NCBI GenBank assembly: GCA_023920165.1
Contig: CP089274.1
Span: 1,922,001-1,986,000 of the forward strand
Direction of reading: 5' to 3'
DNA length: 64,000 bases
Origin: Curvularia clavata
Taxonomy: Eukaryota
This document shows, piece after piece, positions 47,999-61,700 of the stretch. The translations under genes were made by a program, and so were the position numbers. Under the pieces are notes generated by a model. That model was not told the origin of the DNA. It worked only from the letters and a program-made list of their open reading frames with translations, and made no database searches. Position 1 is the first letter of the stretch; each line of letters starts with the position of its first letter.

Positions 47999-49715
47999 AC
48001 ATGCCACGACCCATTAGATAGACTACAATATATTCCAAAATAATCCTAATGTAAAATGATACGATATACACATGAAGCTCGGACGAAATTTGCAGGATAC
48101 CTGTAAAGGTTGTAAATCTTTCAGTGACATGTTATGAGGCATGCTCCACGCAGACCCGCTTCCAAGGGCTGGACTTTTGACATGTTCATGCCAGCTTAGA
48201 TAGCGAGGCTACATGAAGCCGCAATGCATGCCCCCGTTACATGCTGTACAGCAACAACGCTTGCTTGCTTCCAACGTTACCTTCACGTAGCCTGCATTCT
48301 TTTATTAGGATTCGCACGCTTGCCCCCAGGGATTCCATTCCGCCTATCTCTCAAAGCATAAAAGCCGATGGTACAGTAGTCTGGACTCTGGCTTCTGGGG
48401 GCGTCGCACTACATCCCGCCTCCAGACGCAACGACTGATTCAAGAATCACAAAGTCGTCCAAGAAAGCAAGTTTGGTGGCTGTCCTATATTAATATAGCT
48501 CAGATCTAGATTGTGGATGGGTGGGCTCTCCGGAAACAGCCACCCGTCTCGGCGCTGGGCGCTGGGATGTGGGTGATCTGGGGCCGAAGCGCCTTTCCCT
48601 TCCTTCCCCCCCTCGCCCATGCTCCCCCGTCTACCCATGCCTCCGCCCCCTCATGCGGCGTGGCTGCTTAGTGTTCATGGGCTTGCGAGCATTAGGTAAT
48701 ATTATCATCTCCCCGGCTCGTATATCGGGGCTCTGGCATTTGCATTGGTGCGGCATTCCTGCGATGTTGGGAGTGATGGGAAACCTTGTTCCTGTGCCGC
48801 AGCGGGCTTATCTCGCCCTACTACTATTAGTCGACGTTATGTAACCACTGCCACTGCTCGTCTGTCGCATGTGGCTTGGTAAAAAAGGCAACTTGTGCGC
48901 TTTGCTTTTTCTCCTCTTCCTGGAGGATTTGTCCTCCTTCGCGCTTTGTTTTTGGTCTTGTTAGGCGTGCCACCACTCCACTCCACTCCGTACAAATGAA
49001 GTCGATCTTTCTTCGCGTCTGCGGTCTCTTGTCGGAGCCATTATCTCATATTACTCGAGTAGCCAAGCAGCCAAGTCGATGGCTTTGCGTCGACTCTGGT
49101 TGCCTAGTTTTTGGCGTGCGACGACGTGGTCGTGGTCGTGGTGGAGAGAAGAGCACATGAGCACCCAATCTGCTTGTAACAGCTCTGTCCCATAAATGCC
49201 CAAACGGAAAGTTTGGTAGCCTGCGAGTCGACCAGCAAGAGATGGGAGTGCTGCTCTGCTGGCAAGATTGCAACTGTGGCACAGGGACATCATCACACGG
49301 TTCGCCTTGACGATCTGTACCACCAGCGTCGCTATCACGTCTGCCTGGCAGGGACGCGTTCGACTCCGCCACTCTATTCAGTCAGCGAAAAGGACTTGCT
49401 AGACACGCAATTCCCCAAGACCCCATATTTTAGCACACTACTAGTTCTCGTTGGCCGGTGTTGGGTTGATGCGCAGCACGCATACCGTTTTGGTCTAGAC
49501 CTGGGTCCCCCTTTGTGGTCGGTGGGAAGACCCTGCTCTGAAAATGGTAGCACGCCTACGCTTGCGGAGCCTCATCCGGCCTCCTCGAAGCCTTTATACT
49601 CGACGGTGGCCTACTTTTTCGTCACGCAACACCCCCGTAATTCAATCCTACCGGTCTTTATAGGCGAAGTTGGGATTCATTGGATGCAACATCGCGGCAC
49701 GGGTCTGCCAGACGC

Positions 49716-51918
49716 ATGGGCTTGACCCACGCAGGCCTCGCGTATGCCAGTGGGCGCCTTGCCTCAGCGTCTTTCCTTCTTCCGCCTGTTTGTGTCCTTT
49801 GCTCCAAAAACATCATGACCACTGTCCATGGCCGCCAACGCACCTACGGGAGCGACGTGTTACAATGCCGGACCGTGTACGATCGAATCCAGGACCATCG
49901 CCAGCTGGCCTGGCTGTTATGCGCTACGACCTCTCTCTTGACCACCAGGCAACTCCTCGTTGAAATAAACCTACACTACCCTTTGCAACTCTATAGTTGC
50001 CAGATTGCGGCCACGGGCATTCTAGCTTTCATCTTACATTTATGGCGGCGGAATGGCCAACGGCGCAGCGAGCAAGAGCAACCGAGAAGACGATCAATCC
50101 AGGCAACCATCTTAACTGCAGCTTCACAATGCTTGCTGGCAGTTGCAGCACTATGCATAACCCAGGCGGTATTACATACCTCAAACCTGCCCCTGCTTTG
50201 CATGATGACGGTAGGTTTGTCTGGTCGCGCTGCAACGCGCGTTATGCTGACTTAGCCAGACAATCGCCTTCTTCGCTGGAGACCTGATATTGCATGTCTT
50301 CGGCTACACGTCTCGCTCCACCATGGACGCACTGCGCCTGGGTCTGCTCCTGCTGGCCTGTGCTGGAACCCTGTTTGTGGAGTACCGGCTCATGGTACCA
50401 AGCCTAATCACATCCATCTTGGCAATGCTCTTACTTGGTCTCGCGAATGCACTGAAAAAGTTGTCCGCGAAACATTATCCTGGAAGTGCACCTGCCAAGA
50501 GCACGGATGCAGGTTGGTTTGTTGGAGCGGGTGTCCTCATCGCAGCATTTTGCGCAATCAGCGGATGGCCTGACGAGCATAGAAACCCACTGGGCAGGGA
50601 CAGCTGGTTATTGCGTGCCCTGAATGCCTTCTCGACTGGATCAGCGCTTTTGATAGGAGGATCAGTACTATTTCCTCTGGAACCATCTGATGACGATTCG
50701 TTATATCACTATGCAGACTCACAACGTGTGAGCCATGTATTTACGCAACTCGCCATGACAGCCATCACCGGCTGCTTTACTACGCTTTCATTACGCCGTT
50801 CCTACTCCAGCTGGTACCAACTGTGCTTCTACTTCCTTGCAGTCCTTTGCGTCTGCGGTCATGAAGTTTACGGCTCAAGCTGGAGACAAGCAAGACACTC
50901 AAAAGGTCCTCTCGGAAGCTATGACATGGTTCCATGCTCACCTAGAGCCCGACCAGAGGACAACGAAGAAGCCGGGGAAGCAGAGATGCGAACGAGCCGC
51001 CCGGACCCTCAACGCCATGGTCTCCGCTCATCCTTCAATAGCCTCGTCTTGGTAATACTATGGACTGCTTACTTGAGTTTCAACTTCGGACAACGCCAAT
51101 ACCCACGCATTGAGCCTCGACTAGACCTGGGGTACCAGCCGAATGGTCCTTTGGAGGTTGTTATCAGCATGTACAAAGAGCGCACGGAGGATGTGGCTTC
51201 ACTTATATCCAGGTTGCACAGCATGCCAGAATTATCGCAGGCTCTTTTTACCATCTATCTCAGGGACAGCGAGGCAGACGAAGAGCGGGTCATGCAAGAA
51301 ACAAACTCGCACAATGTTGTCAAGATTCCAAACGTCGGCCGAGAGGCCGAGACGTACCTGAACCACATCGTTAACCGTTGGGACAACCTTGCGGAGCGTA
51401 CCATATTTCTGCAAGCTGATGTTCACAATCCACGCGAGTTCTATCCATTCTTCGAACGGTATTTTCGTGCAAACCAGACTGGCTTCCTTAACCTAGGATG
51501 GGCTGGTAACGTTTGCAATAGCGACGACTGTGGGGACCGCCATGGCTGGCAGGATGAGACATCGCTGTTTCCGCAAATTCAATCACGGGTCGACCATTCC
51601 GCGCGTGATGGTGTACTGCTCAGCTACAAGGGCCAGTTTGTTGCTACTGCTGCACGTATCCGCGGCATTGACAAAGCAATCTACGACGACCTCTGGAAAC
51701 TGCTCGTCGACGAGCACAGCTGGGCGCATAACGAACCTTACCTCAAGGGCCGAGAAGATGAGATGAGCAAACCTTGGTTCGGATACACCATGGAGAGAAT
51801 CTGGAATGTGCTGTTCCAATGCTCAGACATGGACGTCGCATGGAAATGCCCTACGCTGCTGAGCGGGTGGAGGCCTGGTGGCAGCATTGCTGACTGCCAA
51901 TGTTTCGACACCGTATAG
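49716..51918 (+). CDS. Polytopic membrane protein with C-terminal DUF3431 domain, 2 exons (start codon uncertain: 49716 or 49814)
   Basis: C-terminal LEVVISMYKE, PNVGREAETYLNHIVNRWDNLAERTIFLQAD, GQFVATAARIR, GYTMERIWNVLF are DUF3431-type motifs. The N-terminal half has about 9-10 hydrophobic segments. Intron 50211..50259. Confidence 0.75.
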
Positions 51919-51978
51919 GTGGAGTAGGTGGATGAGCATGAGTCGTGCTGTCAGCTTTTCTGTTTCTTTGTTATGATG

Positions 51979-51992
51979 CCCCCCCCCCCCCC
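51979..51992. repeat. Poly-C homopolymer (14 nt)
   Basis: Read directly, just downstream of the DUF3431 gene. Confidence 0.85.
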
Positions 51993-52747
51993 TTAGACCA
52001 CGAAGAGCGCAAAAACGGGTTTCTTTTTCCTCTCAGCCTTGCGCACGTTCTCTCGAATAATTATAGACGGCCGTCCGCTAGACCAGGTACAAAATAGCTA
52101 ATGAATGCAAAAGCGAGGTACTTTTGCTACAATTAACGATGCACACACCAGGATGCTGCTTTTCTTCTCTCTTTCTTCTTCCCGCATTGCAACAGTAGCA
52201 TATCAATGCACATTCCATGCCCGAGGACCCAGAGCCCGATCTGGTTTTTCCGACGTGTTTGAGAATCTGAAACGAGGAGGATTGATGGACGCAGGAGGTT
52301 CTGAAGCGCCAAGCTGAAACGTGTCACAGCCAGCGAGTCGGCTGCATCTTTGCGCTTACCCTCGGACACGTGACAGACTATTCCTTCTTCGCCTGGCGGC
52401 ACGGGCTGTGCGACCGATCCTTGGGTCTGCCACACAGTCAGCGGAGGCACCATCCATGAATGACTCGCCCCTATCGCACGGCAATGGCGTCGCAGATGGT
52501 CCCCTTTTTCATCGAAACATCCTGCCGTAAACCCTTGGTGTCAGCACGAAGGAACTTTTCGGTGCCACTTTAATCCAATCTGGACATCCAGTTACGACGA
52601 CAATTGCCTGTTGCATTCTCTCGCACTCAATCTTAATTAGCTGGGACTGACCTGCTTGCAATAGCAAATTTCTATATAGCGCTTACTCAGGCATTCAATG
52701 CCCGCCGTTTTCCTGTCTCTAGTCCCAATCCTGCATATCCACGACAC

Positions 52748-53791
52748 ATGGCTACAATCCACCAGCGAGCGAGCAACAAGCTCTCAATGTCTTCCAACCG
52801 GAGTTCGGATGGTCTCTACAAGCACCGCCAAAGCTTACTCTACCGCGAACTGGAAATCCTCCTGGAACTCACACCTAGCACATTCAGCTCTCCGCTCCTA
52901 GCGCTGCCAAGAGAAATCCGGGACCAAATATTCAGTTATGTACTACCAGACACGTCAAACAACCGACCAGAGCTCCACACTTGCCTATGGAGTGCCGAAA
53001 TGTCCAACAGGGAACCATGGAGACACGATATCTTTGGCTATGGATCCTCGGTACCCAAAGCGTCACGTCTTCGCCCGGAGCTCCTTCTAATCAACAAGCA
53101 AATCCGGGAGGAGCTGCTACAAAATTACTTTAGCCGCAGCAAGGTCACGCTCCACGCTGAATTGCGGAATACGCGGACAAACAATGACTACTTTGAGTTC
53201 TCACAACATATCTTAAAGCTGCCTATGCTAAAGCACACAACCCACATTCGCTTCTATCTCGAATGGAACTACACAACGCTACGCAACGGAAGTCGAGACC
53301 GGATGCTCAGGGACCAGATGCGCATGACATACAATCTCCTCGCTGCCATGGACAAAATCGCCCTGTCCCTCCAAAATATCGAGACCATTGAACTCTCTGT
53401 CCTTTTCTTCTGGAAATACCGCAGCGGCAAAATGTACAGTCTATCCATGCAAGATCTCTTTGACCTCGAGGGCGTCTTCAAGCGCTGCGCCGAACTTAGG
53501 TGGCTGGGTCTCCTCGGCGAAAACGATCTCCCTGGCAAAGTCAAACATACGACATCTACTTATCTCAGTCCGTCTTCCGCGGTGCTAAATACGTCCCAGG
53601 CGGGAGTGGGATACAAAATGTCGACGGAACGAAAAGGCACCGAGCAGAGCGGTGGCATGGAGATCTGCGTCAGTCGTGATTTAGAAGATGCAATGGAGGA
53701 GAGGAGGAAGAGTAGTGTAGATTTCTTTGGCAACTATGAGATTGGGGAGCCGTTGCCTCAGCCGGCGTATAGGCATGGTGCAATGATATGA
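52748..53791 (+). CDS. F-box-like domain protein, single exon, 347 aa
   Basis: SPLLALPREIRDQIFSYVLP and ELLLINKQIREE motifs typical of Pezizomycotina F-box-like proteins. Confidence 0.7.
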   Translation: MATIHQRASNKLSMSSNRSSDGLYKHRQSLLYRELEILLELTPSTFSSPLLALPREIRDQIFSYVLPDTSNNRPELHTCLWSAEMSNREPWRHDIFGYGSSVPKASRLRPELLLINKQIREELLQNYFSRSKVTLHAELRNTRTNNDYFEFSQHILKLPMLKHTTHIRFYLEWNYTTLRNGSRDRMLRDQMRMTYNLLAAMDKIALSLQNIETIELSVLFFWKYRSGKMYSLSMQDLFDLEGVFKRCAELRWLGLLGENDLPGKVKHTTSTYLSPSSAVLNTSQAGVGYKMSTERKGTEQSGGMEICVSRDLEDAMEERRKSSVDFFGNYEIGEPLPQPAYRHGAMI

Positions 53792-53834
53792 TTCAGGGAC
53801 TGGGGGTGAGAGCATCACCAAGTGGTGATGTGTT

Positions 53835-53859
53835 TCTCTCTCTCTCTCTCTCTCTCTCT
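53835..53859. repeat. (TC)n microsatellite
   Basis: tctctctctctctctctctctctct read directly. Confidence 0.9.
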
Positions 53860-56800
53860 TCCTCTTTCTTTTCTTCTGGGGTTTTCTTGTTCACGGCAAA
53901 AGTACGGATTAGCGAAGCATTTAGCGAAAAGCGGGCATATTGGGTACGGGTTATAATGCATAATTCGGCGTATGTATAGTTGGATGTAGCATATTCATTG
54001 GGCGCTTTCCTCTAGGAAACTTTACTTCAAATATCATCTAAGAGTTAATATGGTGTGGTGGCATTGCGTGCACATGGGACGACACGATAGGGTTTCTGAC
54101 GAAATCTTGAATGGGAATGGTGCGAAGAACCTCATGTCTTGAGATTCTTGCTTAAGAGTGTGAAGGCTTCTTGGTGGTGTGAGGAAGGGTGCTGAGTTAT
54201 TTCTTGTGTATGTCATTCTGTGAGATCTCGTAACCCGCGCCCTGGCATAGCATACGGATGAAGTTAACCGGCGGCCTGTGCTCCCCAACTAAGCCACTGT
54301 GGTCCTTTCTCCAGGTTCTTAGCACGGGCAAAAGGCCGCTTTCAGCCTTCTGCAAGCAGCTGCGCCACAATCCTGTACACGCGGCCTTCGTAAATGCGCG
54401 TTCCTCTTCAACAAGCGCAAAACCCATGTCTTTCTATATGGCAGTGCAAAATTCTGGACCGCAGCATGCTCAGGCCACACTTTCTTGCTGGAATTTGTTG
54501 TGGTAACAATCAGTTGTTGGCTAAGATTTATAGTGTTGCATTGCATAGAACAGACCCCTCCAGCTTTGGTCCCGTATTTTTGGTTCCCACGCTTACATGG
54601 TTTAACGTCGGGTTGATATTCTTACCGGTATGACAGGTTCTTGTTAGTATTGCCATCAGCAAATATAGAGACGAGGTATCGTAGTCGCTGGGTAAGGCGC
54701 CATCTTCGCATCATCGGTTTCCCCCTTTTCAAAAACCTTGGTTCCGTTCCTTGCTAAGTCACAGCTCTCCTCTTGATTTTTGATATAAAACATCGCAACA
54801 CTATTCCTGCCCTTACTGCTGCAGTACCAGCTATCGACATTCGATGCCATAACGAGGAGCACTGTCGCAGTAGCGCTCTAACGTGAGTGAGCGCCAGTCT
54901 TGACATGTGCCATGCCTGTGGCGGTGTATGCCGGGCTATGGAATTCATCGCCATTTCCACAGACTGGAAACTGAGCACCCGCTCGCACCAGAAGGCAGGG
55001 TGCAAAGAAATAGTTCACGTATACGACTCGAATGGCAAGGACTTAGTCTGTCATGGTGCACCCGAAAAAAGCGCGGCCTATACTGGAGCTGGCTAAAGCT
55101 TTATCAACCAAAAAAAAGTCAAACCATGCTACTTTTTATGCCCAGGAATTTGCAAAACTAGATCTTTTGACATTTAAAAATGGCCCAACATACACCCTTG
55201 CTAGTCTTGGTGAAGAAACAGTGAAGACGATGGTAAAGTTCCCGAGTACACAGGTTCTTTGGCTGATGCTGACATCTCTGTAGAAAGAGAAATACCAAAT
55301 ATAATCCCAGATATGGCGTACTAACTCCATAATTTCATGCCGGATCAACTATGCCTTTGACGGCGCGACTGTTACAGATATATGGAGCAAACTCGACAAC
55401 TGCATTGTACAGTAATGTTATTGAATGAACCATGGAGATTTTGGTGTATAAGACATTTTCAGCGGATATAGACATCGCCTGGCATTATCCAGTGAGACCA
55501 TACACAGTCCAGGAATGTAATTTAAAAAACAGCTGTTCGTCCAAGACATGATATGCGCCTCGACGACTACTTGTTGTGAATGTTTCCATGTCAGCGAACC
55601 CTAACCGTATCACCCTGACGATCCCATTTCCCTTGCCTCATCGGTGTACAAAAGACCATTCTCTGCCTCTTGTATGTTTGACATAGTATGGTGACATGGT
55701 TTTTAAATTCTTACATTTCAGCTACTAGCTCTGAACGCTAGGCCAATAAACGTTAGCAGTTTCCTGTATAGCTGAGTTCACGAGACTCAACCACGGCATG
55801 GATCAAAGGTATTGTATCTCAAGCCAAACCAATGGAAACCCTAGTCTAGTGTGTTGTTGAACAATTACCCCTCCAGTGCTGCATTTGTCAGCCTGGATTG
55901 GACTAGGGAGCTCTTTTACGCAGAATAGTTCATACATACTCATGGTCAGGCGAACACAACAGTCGCTAACAAGAATGACGGACATCGCGCTCCTAATCTC
56001 CACTCTTTGTTACTAAGTTCCTCGGACTCGCGACGTTACCAACCACCGATCGCCAATATGGTGTTGTGGGTCGCATGAGCTAAGGGGTTTGGAGGCATGT
56101 GCTCGGCCGAGGTCATCGGTGGTTTTTTGCTGGGCGTCATAGCGGGGAAGCAAAGGGCGACGACATGGTTTTGTCTTACAAGAGAATAAATTCACCGATA
56201 CAAACACCTTTGCCTGAGGGGAAAGGGGATGCTCTCAACAGCTCAATAGGAATTGGGATAAAATCGGGATCGCTGGAGTAGCTGCGATAACGGAGAACAT
56301 GCAGGTGGTGTGTATGTGGAGAAGATGCGCGATTTCGGTTAAACACACACCGTACCGAACAGTTTGTTCTCCGCTCTCCTTTGTACATGAATGGACTAGC
56401 ACAGTGGAGTCATCCCCATGCAAGAAGGATTTATTTACGGGGTCAACGTTATGGGGTGTCCAGTTGCGGAGTTGGGCAAGCTCCCTTGTCATACGGACCT
56501 AGAATGCCATTCGTGCTTTTCTTCCGGTATGCATATGTGCTCTATGGAGCTGTACTGCATATGCTTAGAGTAGTATAGATAAACGCCTTACGCCCTATGG
56601 CGTAGGGCCCGGAGGTAAGGGTTAATCCCATACGTATCAAGCCACTCAAGACGCAGGCATGGAGATAGTCGCACACCACGGTACAACCTGCTGCTAGCCG
56701 CGATCTAGCCGCATCTATTATTCCTTATTTTAATAAACCATGCCGCCGTTTGTGACCTCACTGTTGCAGCAGCCACTGCTGCCCTTGCTACGTCGTGTTT

Positions 56801-57000
56801 GAGTCAAACCCCCTGTTTATTCCCGGGTGTGGGTACAAACAATCGACGGTCCCCATACATCTGATTCTTTCGACTGCAACTACCTGTGTGTCTCCCTTTA
56901 AGTTCGTCTCTCGGAAAACAAGCGATTCGGAATTTTCTGAGCGCTCCATGGTAGCGACTTGGCTGTTCTCAGGACATCTCCGCTTCGTCACACCAACATC

Positions 57001-58759
57001 ATGGCACGATTAGAACCACCGGGGCTATATCGCCACCCCACAAAGAGCGAGATCATCGAACAAGCAGCAGCAGAGGGCCACGACGCAGACATCCCAAGTA
57101 ATCTTGGCTCCATACACCAAGTACCAAGTCGCTCTTCAGCGCACTCACCGTGGAAAGATGAGAAGAAAGACGATTACATAGCAGAAGACAAAGACATCGA
57201 GAAGGGCAACAGATCCAGCCTTGCATCTAGCGCTGATGGATCAGAAGAGACAGAACATGACCCCGATATCATTGACTTTGACGGCCCAGACGATCCCGAA
57301 AACCCCATGAACTGGAAAGCATCAAAGAAATGGGGCATGGTCGCCCTCATATCAGCAATCACCTTCCTCACGCCCCTCGCCAGCTCGCAATTCGCCCCCG
57401 GTGTACCCGAAGTCATGCGCGATTTCAACTCGACGAGCAGTTTGCTCGAGGGATTCATGGTGTCCGTGTACGTGCTTGGCTTTGCGTTTGGACCGTTAAT
57501 AATAGCGCCTCTTTCCGAGATGTACGGGCGGTTGCCGCTGTACCACGGCTGCAATTTTTTATTCGTCATCTTTACGATAGCGGCGGCCGTGGCGTCTAAC
57601 ATGGGTCAGTTTGTGGTTTTTAGGTTTTTCATGGGATGCTTTGGAGGCGCGCCCATGGTACTTGGGGGTGGCACAATTGCGGATCTGATTCCTAGGGAGC
57701 AGAGGGGTACAGCAATGGCAGTGTGGATGATGGGTCCCAGTGAGTATCTGAATAAATTTTAATAGAGAAGAAATCGCCAGGCTAATGTTGATTGATATAG
57801 CTATTGGGCCTTGTGTCGGACCCATCATTGGAGGCTTCTTGACAGTTGCAAAAGGGTGGAGATGGAACTTTTGGTTTGTAGCAATAGTAGTAGGTTTCGC
57901 TTGTTGGATGATATTATGTCCTGGCTAACTGAACTTCCAGGCTGGCGCGTTTTTCATCATGTCGCTTATCTTCATGTCGGAAACCTCTGCGATCATCATT
58001 CTCCAGCGTAAAGTCAACCGCCTCAAAGCCTCAACCGGAAACACCAAACTCCGCTCTAAACTCGACACGGGGCTAACACCCCGTCAACTCTTCAAGTACT
58101 CCATTGTCCGCCCAGCGAAAATGCTGTTCCTCTCTACAATCTGCTTCGCCATCTCACTATACATTGCAATCACGTATTCCTACCTCTACATCCTCTTCAC
58201 TACCTTTACCGCTGTCTTCAAGGGTCAATATGGTTGGGAAGGCGGAATAACCGGGCTTTCCTTCCTCGGTCTGGGCGTTGGCTCACTCATTGGCCAATTC
58301 ACCTACATCCGTTACGGTAACAGGATCGTCAACAAGCACATTTCTCGCGGTGACTTTTGCCCCGAGCACCGCCTATACACAATGTGTGTCGGCGGTATGT
58401 TCATCCCAGCTGGCTTGTTTATCTATGGCTGGAGCGTACAATATCAGACGCACTTCATGGTTCCGATGTTTGCAACTGGCTTGATTGGTTTTGGCTTGCT
58501 AATGACCTTTATGCCTTCGGCTACGTACCTCGTTGATGTTTTTACCGTTCATGCGGCGAGTGCCATGGCAGCAAGCACTGTGTTGAGGAGTCTGGCTGCA
58601 GCATTTATCCCACTGAGCAGTCAGACAATGTATGCACAAATGGGATATGGATGGGGAAATAGCATGTTGGGTTTTATAGCGACTTTGTTGATTCCGATTC
58701 CGTTTTTGTTCATAAAGTACGGCGACCGCATTCGGGCCAGGAGTACGGTAAAACTGTGA
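57001..58759 (+). CDS. MFS multidrug transporter (DHA1 family), 3 exons
   Basis: [98 protein letters not shown]. Introns near 57740..57800 and 57889..57940. Confidence 0.92.
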
Positions 58760-61700
58760 GCTTCAGGGCATACAAGAAAGTTGCATTTCGTAAAAAAGTT
58801 AGTTATACAATAGATTCATGGCGCCAGGTAAACACCTTCTTTCTGCTAAGTGGGATTGGTAACGTTGCACCTTCGCCTCTGTAGTGTCTATTTGCTGGGC
58901 AAATAGGCGGTTACCTTGAAAACCGACGAGTACGATGACAATTGTTGTGGTAACTAGCGTAATGACGGTGACGACAATGACAAACAGCAAATGCGCCAGC
59001 AATTGTGATTGCTAATGAACAACAATTGCAATCAAAATTGAACACAATCGAGTCGGAGCTGTAATCGTAGCAACTTATATTTGGCTCTACAGGATCATAA
59101 TTAGCTCGATACATATATGTCGGAATTCACATCTTCTTCACTTCTCATACACACAGCAGGAATTCGATATACTCGCCACTTTCATCCCAAGCTAAAATAC
59201 ACTCACTTCAACCACTGCCAAGCAACCCTATGGTTGATCCACGCCTCTTTTATCCGGGATGGAAATTGCTTAGGCTCGTGGCTGAGACTGGTTTTGTTCT
59301 CTATACCCAGTTTCTTCTCTTATTGTCTTGTTGGGTTGAGTATCCAACTGCTATTTCATCCTTGCAATTAGGTTGTAAGCCTTTTTCTTCTTCAACATAG
59401 GAAGAATAATACTCCTGGAATCATTGCGAATCCTATGATCGCAGCCTTACATGTTCACTGACGAACTACCTGGTATTCCTGGCCTCCGCCTTCTGTGTTT
59501 CCAAGCACGCGAACAGCCAATCGCATGTGTTCGGTTTATACAGAGATTGAGAGGTGAGATATCTGAAAATGCCGTCAAGTCTCCAAACGCAAACCGACAT
59601 AGTCTAGCATGGCCTACCAACAGGATTATATCCGTAACCCAGAAAACTATAACGCCGCTGTCGCTCGCACGTTGAACTCAGCCCCTGTGTTTCTGTGCCG
59701 TATTTATTGCCACGATCATGTCGAGAATCCTAGATATACACCGCTGGGGGAATGAAAGAAAGCGATGGTATATACCGGAACGGACTTCAAGAGCACCAGG
59801 TCTTGGAATCCATATCTCATTACAAACCGCCGTCGCAAACATAGTACGTCATTCTAGATGCCCATGTAGCTTTGCCCTCCTGGCTCCCACATAAGCTTTT
59901 GAACCCGCCTCGGCGGTATTACACTCCCCCCATTACCACGGATACTCGAGAAGTTTAGATATACCACTGACGCAATGTAGGGGTTACATCACTAGCTGGA
60001 CATTGCTCCGGACACACCGCTCACCAAATTGAAGTAGCTAGGTTATGTTCACCTTGGCTCCCACATATACTTTGAACTCCACTTCGGCGTTCTGGTACTA
60101 CGTCCCTTGTGATAAACGATGTGAAAGCCTAGAGCGTACCCTGAGAGAATGGAAGGAAATCACTGCATATCGTGGACCGATGCTTGCACTATATAACGCG
60201 GTTCGAAGCAAAAGCCAACGCTTTCTATAGCAGGACAGCTAAAGGTGTTTCAGAGAACTCCTTCAAACCGGTCCCGCCCTTATTTACGCGTCGTGTCACA
60301 TCTTTCAAATGCCAAAACGCGACAAAAATGGCATCCTGCAGTCAGCAAAGCTAGCACTACGCGACAGGAACCTAAATTATGAGTACATGAAGAGTACAGT
60401 GCCACTCTCTAATTCCTAACTCTCTATACCCACGACCCCGGAGTCGCTTCAGTCATCTTATTTGTGTACTGTATTAAGGCTAGGTCACGAATGGTGATTC
60501 AGGTGGAGATATCCTTGCAGTTCTATCTCACTCGCTCCTGAAGATGCCTTCGAATCCGCTACTGCGTTCTCATACTCTCTTTATTCCTACGAGCTCTTGG
60601 GCAGCAACATATGTCCCGTTGAAAGAAGAGAAAAGCAAGCCATCTGAACCCACGCCGTCCCGTGCATTTCCGATGGACACAGCTCAAAATACTCTTTCGG
60701 CATTCCTGCCTTCATATAATCCACACAGTCTCAGAGCATGCATGCTGCTCGTGGGGATATCGGACCTATCCTTACACTTCTGTCTCCCCACACTTCTGAA
60801 GAGACTGCTGAAGCGATCCTGGAATTTCAATACCCCTTTGATTGCCGTATACGAGTGAGAAATCTAAACGTATAGTCTGGGAGAAGAGAAAGCAAATACG
60901 TCCTCTCCTACTCCATGCAGTTCCAAAACTCGACATCGCATACGCATTCCGTTCCGATCTTTATATACTCCGTGCAGTCCGAGTACAATTATGCTGCTGG
61001 TGGCGGAGCCACGCTCTCACTCGCTCACACATATACCTTACCCCACTTATGCGTTCCTATAGTTCCCCCCTTGCCACAAACGACTGAGACGTCCCCAGGT
61101 ACATCAAAAGGAGCAGCGAGATTTACTACGCACTGCTATTAGATGTCGATGTTATCCTATATTCCGTGCTATTGGCTTTCAATCACTACATTCGGGTGCG
61201 CCGTGTCGTGGGTACACCTTCATATAGTCTTAGAGTATGCAAGCCTCCATGCTGCTGCCAGCAGGAGAGCTCTCCTTGCAATCCTGCATCACTCCTCGTA
61301 AAGGGACTCTTGCATCTGCCCGTCATTCTAATACTCCCTTTTTCGACACAACCAATCGAGACGCTGGAAGACCCACCGAAAGAAGCGGAGACGAAGGAAC
61401 ATATACCACGGACCAAACATTGCACTGTATACCGCTCTTGCTGATGAAGATGTTGTATCCTACGCATCTCTAAACTGAGGATCGCACTTGCCATGGCGCT
61501 TTCCACATTCTCATGTGCTCCAATAGTCTTCGGACTCGCATGCTGATATTGCTGGTGGTAGAGCTATCCGTACCATTCTGTCTCCGCCCGCTCCTGGAGA
61601 AGATTTGGAACCCGTTCAAGCATCTGATCCTCTTTCTGTTCCTGTAAACGCCTAAAAAGGCCATGGAGCAAAGAAAGGAACAAAGGCGAGATGGACCACA

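Noticed and set aside
46670..48007. 445-aa antisense ORF overlapping the carboxylesterase
   Set aside because: It mirrors the sense gene codon for codon. Strong C-ending codon bias removes antisense stops, and the translation has no protein-like motifs.
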